From Tubiluchus corallicola (taxonomy: Eukaryota > Animalia > Priapulida): DNA of 64,000 nucleotides. The notes beneath the pieces were generated by a model. The model made no database searches. It saw only the letters and a list, made by a program, of their open reading frames with translations, and was not told the origin of the DNA. Position numbers and translations under genes: made by a program. Where the stretch lies: positions 62,001 to 126,000 of the forward strand of contig JAQGDQ010000243.1 of the NCBI GenBank assembly GCA_030141605.1, in the 5' to 3' direction. Below are positions 39,341 through 50,543 of this stretch, piece after piece. How positions within the stretch are numbered: the stretch's first letter is position 1; every line of letters begins with the position of its first letter.

Positions 39341-40485
39341 AAACATAAAATAGTGAAACTGAAAACTGCTGGGAAAAGTTGTAAAAGAGGGAGGAAATCA
39401 CACGACGTGTAATCTACTCGTAAAAATCAAAAGCACCGAATACAACGTGAAGTAAAAAGTTGGAAAGAATAAAAAATAAAAATGCTTTGATTGTAATTAT
39501 TATTTGCGTAATTTATGACATGGTCAATGACAAATCTGATGTGTGGCAATAATTAAAAGTAAAAATTAAAAGTAAAGTAACTGTTTAAGCTGATATAGAA
39601 AAATAATATACACCTAAACTGAAGATTACAAAAAAGGCCATTTTAGAAAACATTTCCGGCGTATGTTATTGTAAGTATCATCTCCCCCAGTAACTGATAT
39701 AATGCTCAGCCCTAATTAAATCGAAGGACGACGTTATCGCCGGCGGTCCTACGTAATGTAGGCAACTTTAATAATAACATGCTTAAACGTCATGCTATTG
39801 TTCAAAAGCAAAACATTCAATCAATTAAACTCTAGGATCATGGGTCGAGTTGTTATCACGTAATGGAGCCGAGTTCCAAGGTAAAGCCATTATAATACAC
39901 AGTTAACCCGCAAGCAACCAACATGATTTTTGTGATCTCTACCCATGTCAAACTCCTGGGTGTGACATAGCGTTAGTCACACAAGAGAAAGATGGATCTG
40001 TTTTGGCCACACCCTTAACAAAAACTTAAATCTCATCACGGTAATGAAAGTTCAGGTAATGAACTATTCGGAGGATAATCAATATAAAAAACCGATTCAC
40101 CTCGATACAGAAGTATCGACACAAATCATTGTCTGCGGGTTGAGGTATTCGCTGGCGGCAATAATAATTTATTGTATTCAATAATTATTGTTTATTACTG
40201 AACGAAAATATTGAATGTATACACGTTTCATTTAAAGAGAATTTTATTGTGCTGGGAGTAATAAAATTATTCGTTTTATCTAAAAGATCAAGAACAAACA
40301 TGTATTAAATGTATTTCGCCGTGTCAACTAATACATAATTAGAATTTTACGTTTCTTTTAACTTCATATATATTACGTAGGTTTCTATTAAATTTATGAC
40401 AATTTAATTGTCTTAGTAGCAGTTTTTATTCTTTTTAAAAGAAACAGCATCGCAGTAATTGCAATATACGCATAGTAAATAGAAA

Positions 40486-40662
40486 CAATGATAAAGTTTG
40501 CCTTCTTATACGTGCAATGATAAAGTTTGCAATCCTATACGTGCAATGATATAGTTTGCAATTTTATACGTTATACGTGCAATGATAAAGTTTGCCTTCT
40601 TATACGTGCAATGATATATTTTGCAATCTTATACGTGCAATGATAAAGCTTGCAATCTTATG
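40486..40662. repeat. 29-bp minisatellite, about 6 units
   Basis: TTATACGTGCAATGATAAAGTTTGCAATC and variants. Confidence 0.9.
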
Positions 40663-43299
40663 CGGCGATTTTGAAAGAAAAAATTAACATAATAATTACA
40701 GGCGAATGGAAAACCGGCGTTGTGAGTATAATCCAAAAGAATAAGTGTAATCTAAACACAGATTACGTTCAACAGACCAAGTTGGACACCATAATACGAG
40801 GCTACGTATAGTTATTATTGTAATAGTTGTATTGCTATTGTAATATCACCTATGAGTGGTTGCAGTCACCATGATCAAAGGCTGAGAGTATCTATTGAAT
40901 TTTCAACTAAGTTCAGAACCACTTGGGTGGCTTGGCAACGTTTCGTTTTGTCTATGTACATTAATCCTTTTCAAGCTGAGAGTGAAACTGAACACAAACC
41001 CAATAGCCTTTGTGACCTACCTAATCAGTTACGAACTTCACTGTCTCTGCGTCTTATTTTATGTGGCAATGTAGCATACAAGTCGGGTACATAATTCAAG
41101 CGAATCAAACAATAGCAAAAAGAAACTTTGGCAAGGATAAACATTCTTTCGCAACATCAGTTATAGTTGACGACATATTGACATGCAAAGAATAAGAAAT
41201 GGCAGACCTAAAGAAAAGGGGGTAACGCTTAATACTAGATGATCGCACCCTGCGTTGGGCTAGTTGTTAATTGATAAAGCTAATCATAACATGAAAGTAT
41301 ATGTAATACTACCTAAAACAATGCAAACTATATAGCTGATGTAATTGATAGTATTATTTTTCAATAGCCCAGGGTTTGGATTCGCTCTTGAGCAAATGAT
41401 AATAAAGGAATGTGCACTCACCATTGTGGTTTAGCTGAAACACCTTTACTATCGCCGCATTCAGATCCAGTTCGACTTTCACCAAAATTCTGCAAATATT
41501 TGACAGAGATGTTCGACAAAAAGAATGGCTTTTTGCCTGCAAGACTTGAAAAAAGAATGACTTAACAGTTTGCAACAAACGGTACAAGGAAAAGTCTATT
41601 TTATATTTCATCGTATGGATGTACAGCAAGTTTACAATAGCAATACAAGAACGAACAAAAGCATCTAAAAGGAAAGAAGTCCCTGGCTCCGGTTGTAAAG
41701 ATTACTCATCGCATTTTGTAAAGTACTCTTTCTTGTATCTATTTTCGGGTAATTTTCATTCACACCTCAATCTAATCGCGTAAGTAATCATACTTGCACA
41801 CGTACTTTTTATTTGATTTACCATTTTCTTTATGAAAACGACAAGGAACGACATTTTAAGGCGATTTTTTCCTTTAATTGAATAAAAAATGCTGTCATTC
41901 AGCTACGATTAGCTACTAAGCATGTAAGTCTATAATCTTATACTTTGCTCAGCTTGTTGTCAGTTCATTGTGTTTGGTCATTCCAGTACTGCATAATCTC
42001 GATTCCCTGGAGGGAGTGCGGCATTTTTACATTTTTTTATCGTCTGCCAGCCTGCTGATATGTTTTAGTAGTTCGTTAATGTTTTATGTAACAAATAATA
42101 GGTCATTTCAAAAATAACCTGTACCCGAATGAGCAAAGAAGTGCTTGTAAAGTTGAAGTGCAACTGAAATACAGCTCTTCTGCTTCGGCTTGTGCCCATC
42201 AGAGACGTGATACTTTAAGTACTTTGGTAGATTTAGTTTGTTATTCGGCAATATTATTAATGATTATTGAATTTATAATGACAATTGCAATTAATGAATA
42301 TTGCTTATTCCATTATATTGTATTGTTTTTCTAAAAATTTCTATTTTAACACGTGGATAAACAAGTAAACATTTGATATTTTCAACTTCAGTTATACAGG
42401 TAAATGCACCTCAAAAGTAAAATTTTATAATAATCACCTATAAAAGTTCTATGTTTCTTGTTCGAAGTCCTAATTAAGTGTTTATTATATTATCCAATAC
42501 TTAAGCCAACGTTGCGCTGTATCGAATGTATCCAAAAATAATCAGTTATTTACATCAAATTACTCGCCAACATTTATAGAAAAAAACGCACAAACTATGT
42601 TCGTCACAGTTAGCACATAAGACAGTCACGTAACTCTCACAGACGCAGACTTGTATCACTCACTTTCTAAAGCATTTACAACTGACCTTTTCAAAAGTTT
42701 TGTCACTGGTGCCTTCTCAAGCACTATACAAAAGTTAGTGGTATTATTGTACCTCACCTACCTACCTGTACTCACCGCTCACGTCACAGGCTGCTGCGCT
42801 ATGAAACCTTGGGGTCCCAGAAAACAATGAACGGCCCTATTTGGTTGCTGCTAAGACTACTACAAAAAACTATTGTTTGGCATAAATTTGCGACCGTTTG
42901 TAAGTGAATGAATGAAACGCATTATAAACAGTTTGCATTGAGACCTAAGCGAATTACCTTGGTTTGTTAACGTTCATACTGTATGCCTTACGCGAAACGA
43001 CTCTCTTCAAACAAGCAGTGTGATATCGGTAAGAAACAAACTTCAAATGTATACACCTTTTAGTTAGAAATAACAAAAGGAGAGCAAAACAAAAAGGAAA
43101 GAAGAAGAAAAGAAAAAAACAGGAGAAAAAGAAGCCGAAGTGATCACGCTTGCTACTGGCGCTGTCATTATTATCATTGCCACTATAATTGCTATCATTG
43201 CTAATTGTCGCTACCACTGTCAATGCAGATGACGATGACGCCAATTATAGTAATAATGAGAATGAAAGTGCTGATAATGATAAGCATGTGTTTGGAGGG

Positions 43300-44345
43300 G
43301 TACGCGGTAAAAAAGGCACAAATGGAAAAGTCGGTAAAAGTGGCACAGAAAAAAATGGCACGGTAAAAATGCCAAATCAAAATGGCGCAGGAAAAAGTGG
43401 CAGAAATAGAAAAGTAGAAAAAATGGCCAGGTGGAGATAACAAAAAAAAAATACTAAGCATCTCTCTGAGACCTCCACGAAGTGTTACACGAATGTATTT
43501 TTTTGTACGTGGTGTTCGGTCAAACCTTGCGAAAAAGAGCCCACGAAAAGATGCCCATTTTGGCATCCAATATCCGACTTCTCCACAAAGTTTCATGGAA
43601 ATCTATTGTTGCGTAATAGGCTTACTACAATAACCGATAAAAAAAAAACCACCAAACATACAGATAAAAACAAACAAACTGTGTTGAAGCATATCTTCCT
43701 TGGCAATGGTAAAAATAACTAAAATAAGTATCCCCCACGATAAACCCTAAACTCGTATTTTACTAAGTGTGTCATTTTTCCTGTGACATTTTTACCTGTG
43801 CCACTTTCCATTTTTTCCTTTGTCATTTTACCTGTGCCACTTTTACCTACTTTTCCACTTGTGCCATTTTCATCGCGCCATTTTTTTCTGTGCCATTTTT
43901 TGTTGTACCATTTTATCCTCCCATTTTTTCGTGTGTCATTTTACCTGTGCCACTTTTACCTACTTTTCCACTTCTGCCATTTTTTCTTGTGCCATTTTTA
44001 TCGCGCCATTTTGTTCTGTGCCATTTTTTCCTGTGTCATTTTACCTGTGCCACTTTTACCTACTTTCCCACTTGTGCCACTTTTACCTATTTTTCCATTT
44101 GTGCCATTTTTACCGTGCCATTTTTTCCTGTGCCATTTTTTCTGTGTCATTTCCACCTGTTTCACTTTTACCTATTTTTCCATTTGTGCCATTTTTACCG
44201 TGCCATTTTTTCTGTGCCATTTTTTCCTGTGTCATTTTACCTGTTCCACTTTTACCTACTTTTCCACTTGTGCCATTTTTATCGCGTCATTTTTTTCTGT
44301 GCCATTTTTTGTTGTACCATTTTACCGGGTCATTTTTTTCTGAAA
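43300..44345. mobile_element. Foldback-type element with inverted arrays of an about 15-bp GTGCCATTTTT motif
   Basis: Left arm 43305-43436 reads AAAAATGGCAC; right arm 43767-44342 reads GTGCCATTTTT with roughly 100-bp higher-order blocks. Confidence 0.65.
43451..43712 (-). mobile_element. DINE-1/Helentron-like non-autonomous element nested in the foldback
   Basis: Minus strand reads TTTTTACC..GCCAAGGAAGATATG, a GTTTGTTTG microsatellite, GATTTCCATGAAACTTTG, and ends GGAGGTCTCAGAGAGATGCTTAGT in a T-rich site. Confidence 0.5.
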
Positions 44346-45769
44346 ACATTTCTACCAAAATTCGCTTGGAGACCGTGAAGGACCCCGCTCATAAAATACT
44401 ACAGTACAATACTCTATAACAGTTGGTTGCAAACTATAGCTATGCGCCGTCCTTCCAATCCCAATAGGCCATCCCCTCTCTCGACCCTACCTGCGAATAC
44501 AGGTATCAAAAAACCTCAGCGACAAAGGACATACAAGACAATAGTGAATAGCGTCCATTGTTCAACTGTTTAAGGCAAAAGTGAATTTCATAACAAAGGT
44601 TCCGCCCAACCCACCCGTGCTTGAAAGAGAACATTTTGTCGGTTGTGGATGGAAGAGTATGGCCAAGTTAGACTGGAATTAGCATTAAGCGGTTCATTGC
44701 CAAAAACAAGCCAATATTTGTCCATTTGCAGACTTAAACGAAACGGCAGGTAGTTATCTGCTGCTCAAATCTCTTCAGAACAGCAAGGTTAAGCAGCAAC
44801 ATGTGAGTGGCCTTCTAATGCAAAGAAACAATTATTGTCAAAAAAACACTTAAGTCGCTCAAATGTGAACCGACTTTATTATAACAACTGAAATGACAAG
44901 GGTGTATAGAACTCGAACAGATATATTTTACTGGCGACAATTTACGTGTACTTTTCGCCTAGTAATAAGTTTTACGGGTGCGTTGCAAGTACACGTGACC
45001 AACTGTGTGTTTATTTGTCTTTTTTGTTCTTTTTGTTTTTCTTCTTCTTCTTCTTCTCCTTCTTACATTCTCCTTCAATGAGGCAGATAAGCGGCAACAG
45101 TAAGGGTAAGTAAAAAAAAGGTTTTCCGCCTCACCCATGGGTGATACTAAATCCAATATTTATTATTAATATCTAATTAACATTCCATATTAAATGGATG
45201 ATAGAAATTGAAGCCTTTCGGAATTTAGGAATGAAAATTAATATAATGATAATTATATAAACATTTTCAATTTTAAAAACAAAAGCTAATCTGTTTCATC
45301 TAAATATCCAAATCATACTGGCACTGGCAGCAATAATTTTGCAAAGATACTTTACATTATCAAATTGTCACATTTACATCACTTTACAGTAGTAATGTTA
45401 ATGAAATATGCATTGTTTGGGCGACACTTTATGTGAAACTCTCACACATATCTGATTGTACCATGCATTTCTGTAAAAAGCACAAAAAGTACATAAATGA
45501 ACTACTAAGGCCTTATTTAGCAATGCAACAGGTCTGCAGTAGAAATGTTATTGTAATTCCTAGTACTTCTGTTCACAAATTGCGGATTTTTCCAGTGATT
45601 TCTCGTCTTGCAACCTAAACCATAGACAAAACGATATCGAAGCCATTGTTGCTGTCACTCTTGCTCGTATACCACATATCCTGCTGCTGTTATTGACGCA
45701 ATCTACGACTGTTGCCTCCTTGTTAAGGCATTCGCCGCGGTGTCACCACCATCGTTGTTGTAAGACAAT

Positions 45770-46311
45770 GGTTGGCATCCTTCTGTCTCGGAAGACAATG
45801 GAGTGTGCGCCAAGAGAGTCAGTTATTGATCACATTGATGGAGCTGCAGCGTCGACTGTGGCTGAGCAGTGCGATCCTTGAACGTCTCCAGGGCGCACGC
45901 CTGGGCAAGGTGTATGGAGATCCTGAGTTGCCCAGACAACAGGAACCCCCTCTCTTCCTCGCTGGTGTAGTCCAAAGGAAAGCGGAGCGATACGTTTGGC
46001 ACCAGGTTGGCTGCAGGAGCTGCCGGAGTCAGTGAGCATGCTGCACTGGTCCGCCTTCGGGGCTCCACTCCTGATTTGGAAGGTTTACTACTCTACACAT
46101 GGCCGTTGGGTCACTTGACCTCCTCAGCCCTCTAGCCGTTGGCTGCTTGTGCAGCTCCTCCGCCTAGTGTCAAGATACAGTGTCGGCATCCCGCAAGCCT
46201 ACAGCAGCTGGTATTCCTAGGCGGTCACCCATCCAAGTACTAACCAGGCTCTACGTTGCTTGACTTCGATGATCAGACGAGAACCGGTATTTTCAACGTG
46301 ATTTGGCCGTA
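45770..46311 (-). mobile_element. Full-length 5S rRNA-headed SINE (SINE3 type) with RTE-like body and tail
   Basis: 13-bp TSD GTTGTAAGACAAT at 45757-45769 and 46312-46324 encloses both the 5S head and the body. 3' end ..CATTGTCTTCCGAGACAGAAGGATGCCAACC resembles RTE 3' ends. Confidence 0.88.
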
Positions 46312-46312
46312 G
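46195..46312 (-). rRNA. 5S rRNA-derived sequence (SINE head, probably not a functional rDNA unit)
   Basis: CTACGGCCAAATCACGTTGAAAATACCGGTTCTCGTCTGATCATCGAAGTCAAGCAACGTAGAGCCTGGTTAGTACTTGGATGGGTGACCGCCTAGGAATACCAGCTGCTGTAGGCTT matches metazoan 5S. No oligo-T terminator follows. Confidence 0.95.
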
Positions 46313-47619
46313 TTGTAAGACAATACATGTTGCTAAACTTAACTGTTATGATGGCACTGTTGTAACAGATGTTGTTACAGCCTGAGCCAGTGTTGTTACT
46401 GTTAAACGATTAAACAATGTTGTGTTATACGAAATTTAGTTTATTGAGCTGCATCAAGTGTAGAACATCGATGTTGTATAAAAAAACAAATTTAAGTTTT
46501 GTTTTTTCCAACTTCCTTGCTAGAACATCTTCATTCAGCGTGATACCAACTGATTTCCAGTATTTGCAGAAGCCTCTCTTGGTACAGAAGCAGGGACAAA
46601 AAATAATTTTGGCATTTTTTTGTTTCACTTGAAAAAACTCAAAAGAATGTAGGATAAGACTGAATACCATTGTCTAAGAATTTTATTTAGTTTGATTAAA
46701 AAAGAAACTCCGTTGCTTATATGACGCGGTTAAAAATAGCGTCCTACCTCTTTTAAAGAGTTGTTGTGATTTTAACATGTTTTCTATCACACAGCAAGGC
46801 ATCACAGTTATCACGCTCATAATGAAAACTCTTAATTAGGAAAAAAGTGGTTTACTCAGCTCACATAACTCTGCTTTTCCAACAGTGGCTACAAGTGTTG
46901 ACTGTGCTTTAACGAGTGCCATGCCGATCTCCTGTTCTTGCTGAACTCTTTGGTACACTGAGAATATTCTTTTAAACCAGTTCCAGTAACCACTCTGAAT
47001 AAACCATTTCAGTGCAAATAGGTTGCTAGTCAATTATGCTTTTATAAGTTTGTGAACGTATATGATAAATTTTTCAGCACAAAATCCGCCTGTAGTCCAC
47101 GATTCTTCATTACTTCCTGTCGCGCCGTCTATTGCCAAGAATGCACAAACATTACACAGTAGTCTCTTTAAAAACCCACAAAAACAGACACAACTCGAGC
47201 AGAAATATGGCAAAGAAAATGTAAAACCTGTCAATTATGCAATTAACAAGTACATGCAACTTAAAAGGTCAACTGCCACTGTAACTACGTTGCAAATTTT
47301 ACAAAAGAAATTTTATTTTTTGCAATGACATGAAACAGCACGTCATTCCTCCTATTCCTAAGAATTTTACAAAGAAGACTGATCGTGAATCAAAATTATT
47401 CATTTTTGTTAAGTGCGCAAACTTGTAAGATGAGGTAAAAGCGACGTACAGGCTCATAATTACTTTCATTGTTTCACGTTTAAGACCAATCAGAATGATT
47501 ATCGTGATTATTACCTGTATGTAATGAGGCGGCTCTCTCTTAACTTAAATTCTAAAATGACACTATTTAATTTGCTCCTCTCCCACGCGCCAATTGTGAT
47601 AACGTTCGTTATACATGCA

Positions 47620-47934
47620 TTAGATTAGATTAGATTAGATTTAATAGATTTATTTCGCAATAAACATATACATATACATTACATGTGCATCGATAATCAG
47701 TTTTTGTTAATACAAAATTATGATACAATTCATGAATTCTGTGCTAGAGACCTAAGAAGCTAGCTTACGCTAGGCCACTAGAATTAGTTACGAGAAAAAT
47801 TACAATATATACAGATACAATATTACAATATATACAAATATAAATACGGGTGGGAAGTAATAAAAATATTATTATACGAGAGGGGAGGTTTTTGAAAATG
47901 AAAAACAACAAATCATGATTGAGTGATCAGTTAT
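47620..47934 (-). mobile_element. LINE 3' UTR (second family) with (TCTAA)n tail
   Basis: Reverse complement of about 29980-30270. Confidence 0.85.
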
Positions 47935-47953
47935 CGGTTATTAGTCATTAGAG

Positions 47954-48149
47954 CTTACTAAACTAGTTTATATTTTATTTTTAAATTTCTAGTTGCACTT
48001 ATAGTTTAGCTTGCACCAGACGCATTTGCCCCACAACAGTGTATGTTTTTTATATGAACTAACACTGATTGTCTGTCTTTTAATATGATGGTCAATGTTT
48101 TTAAAATGGCAAATAAAGATTTTACTAGTACTACTGCTGCTGCTACTAC
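47954..48149 (+). mobile_element. LINE 3' UTR (first family) with short tail
   Basis: Matches about 11709-11890. Confidence 0.85.
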
Positions 48150-49115
48150 GTTGGTCCGATGTCTAATGAACAGTAAAAAATAGAAAAACGCGAAAGCAAT
48201 GCAAAGCTAAATAAACTGCATGAGAATAATGATTTAACATTTACAGACATGCAACATTAATGACAGTCGAAAAAATAAAGAGACCTTGTCAATTGCGACA
48301 CAGCCATATCTTAACGTTCTAACCTGAGGAACAGAAGAGAGCGAAAGTAAATGTTGCAATCACCTGGGGCCTTGATTGTCCTTGCTCATGCTAAACAGTT
48401 ATCTGTTTGCAAAAAGAACATTTTCTTTTGTGCGCTAAGACACATTCTTTCTCGCTGGTTGAACAAGAGTCGTGATCTTGCCCCCATGACCCACTTGGCG
48501 TAATGCCTTTATGCCTTAAATTGCGGCAACAATTACGCTTGTTCCCTGAAAATTTAACAGTAGCCGACCATCAGTCGTCGAGTTGGTAACGGTAGGCATC
48601 CGAAATCGTAAACGGCAACGGTGTTAATCGGCTACTGCAGCAAAGCTTATCACCTATCAACCGGAAATAGTCAACCACATATCCATTAGTAAGCTATTAT
48701 ATTAGAATTTTGGGACGTCGATCTCAATCTGGACATTGTCCAATGGATAGGTGCATTTTCCCCTGTATCTTGCACTGGATCAAGACAAAATCATTCTGTA
48801 AAACTTTTCATGCGCTGAATTGGACATTAATTTTGTTCTCAAAATCGAGTTGCACCGATTTGGAGTTGCTAACCTGCATGTACTGATGGTGCACTCCTCG
48901 TGACTGCACAAAACATTAGCCGCTTCAGTAAAGTTAACTTACATACATTCTTGTAAACAATAGAGTTAACTCAAAAAGTTTTTCGCCTTGCATGCTGCTT
49001 TTTACGTTGTGTTAACGTAACCCTACTATGAAGCATTTTTTGTAATTTTTGTGCTAGCTGATTAAAAATCTAATCTGTGTCGTTGCCATTCCGGTCAATA
49101 CCGTTGTCTGGGGGC

Positions 49116-50080
49116 ATCATCATCGTCATCATTATCATCATCGTCGTCGTCACATCGTCACCATCATCATTATCATTTTATTTGATTTATTTATTTATTT
49201 TATTCACTCTGTCCGTACCCAATAGTGATATATAGTAAAAACAATACATACACAAAATCATCATCGTCATCATTATCATCATCGTCGTCGTCATCATCGT
49301 CACCATCATCATTATCATTTTATTTGATTTATTTATTTATTTTATTCACACTATCCATACCCAATAGTGATATTTAGTAAAAACAATACATACAGAAAAT
49401 CATCATCGTCATCATTATCATCATCGTCGTCGTCATCATCGTCACCATCATCATTATCATTTTATTTGATTTATTTATTTATTTTATTCACCCTGTCCGT
49501 ACCCAATAGTGATATATAGTAAAAACAATACATACACAAAATCATCATCGTCATCATTATCATCATCGTCGTCGTCATCATTGTCACCATCATCATTATC
49601 ATTTTATTTGATTGATTTATTGATTTTATTCACCCTGTCCGTACCCAATAGTGATGTATAGTAAACACAATACACACAGAAAATCATCATTGTCATCATT
49701 ATCATCATCATCGTCGTCAGCATCGTCACCATCATCATTATCATTTTATTTGATTCATTTATTTATTTTATTCACACTATCCATACCCAACAGTGATATA
49801 TAGTAAAAACAATACATACAGAAAATCATCATCGTCATCGTCGTCGTCAACATCGTCACCATCATCATTATCATTTGATTTGATTCATTTATTGATTTTA
49901 TTCATACTGTCCATACCCAATAGTGATATATAGTAAAAACAATACATACAGAAAATCATCATCGTCATCATCGCCATCGTCAGCATCGTCACCATTATCA
50001 TTTTATTTGATTGATTGATTTATTTTATTCACACTGTCCACACCCAATAGTGATATATAGTAAAAACAATACATACAGAA
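49116..50080. repeat. Tandem array, 7 x 127-142 bp
   Basis: CCCAA(T/C)AGTG at 49218, 49360, 49502, 49644, 49786, 49916 and 50043. Confidence 0.95.
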
Positions 50081-50199
50081 TACATGTTGACGAAATACAT
50101 ACAAATACAATATTTACAAGCGTGTGGTAAAGGCAAAAAGAGATGGATGACTATTTACGTCTATCTTATGGCAAAAAACTCTTCCTGTTACCAGTAAAA

Positions 50200-50543
50200 T
50201 ACTTACCTATGATGACGAATGCAGAGTAATGGGTATTTCTCTTTCATTTCATGATAAGTTAATGCCACTTGTATTAATTAATGTTTACTTTCCCTATGAA
50301 GCTGATAATAATTTTGATGAATTTAGGCATTGTCTAGGCACTCTCGTCTCTATTATTGAAACTACAGAGTCTAGCTATGTTTGTTGTATCGGGGATTTCA
50401 GTTCTGTTATTTTATTTATTTATGTATTAATTTGTATGTGTTGAGAGGAGGTGTTATAATTATTGTATGTCTTGTAACTATTGTATGTTATGTATTCTAT
50501 GAACCTAGTTCGAACTAAAGAGTTAAATCAAATCAAATCAAAT
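50200..50543 (+). pseudogene. Internally deleted LINE: AP-endonuclease fragment fused to a 3' UTR with (ATCAA)n tail
   Basis: LVLINVYFPYE...CCIGDF are APE-type endonuclease motifs; the segment ends GAACTAAAGAGTTAAATCAAATCAAATCAAA. Confidence 0.7.

Noticed and set aside
5390-44419. Homopolymeric or repetitive ORFs in the track (poly-L/T/S/V/P/H, ER repeats, the three ORFs at 43767-44419)
   Set aside because: They are translations of microsatellites and stop-free tandem repeats.
46095-46194. HDV-like ribozyme in the SINE body
   Set aside because: It is GC-rich with CTCCTC motifs, but I could not assemble P1/P1.1/P2/P3 on either strand by eye; a descriptor search is needed.
46195-46314. Functional 5S rDNA gene
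   Set aside because: It is a single copy with no oligo-T terminator, its first bases are replaced by target sequence, and it lies inside a TSD-bounded insert.
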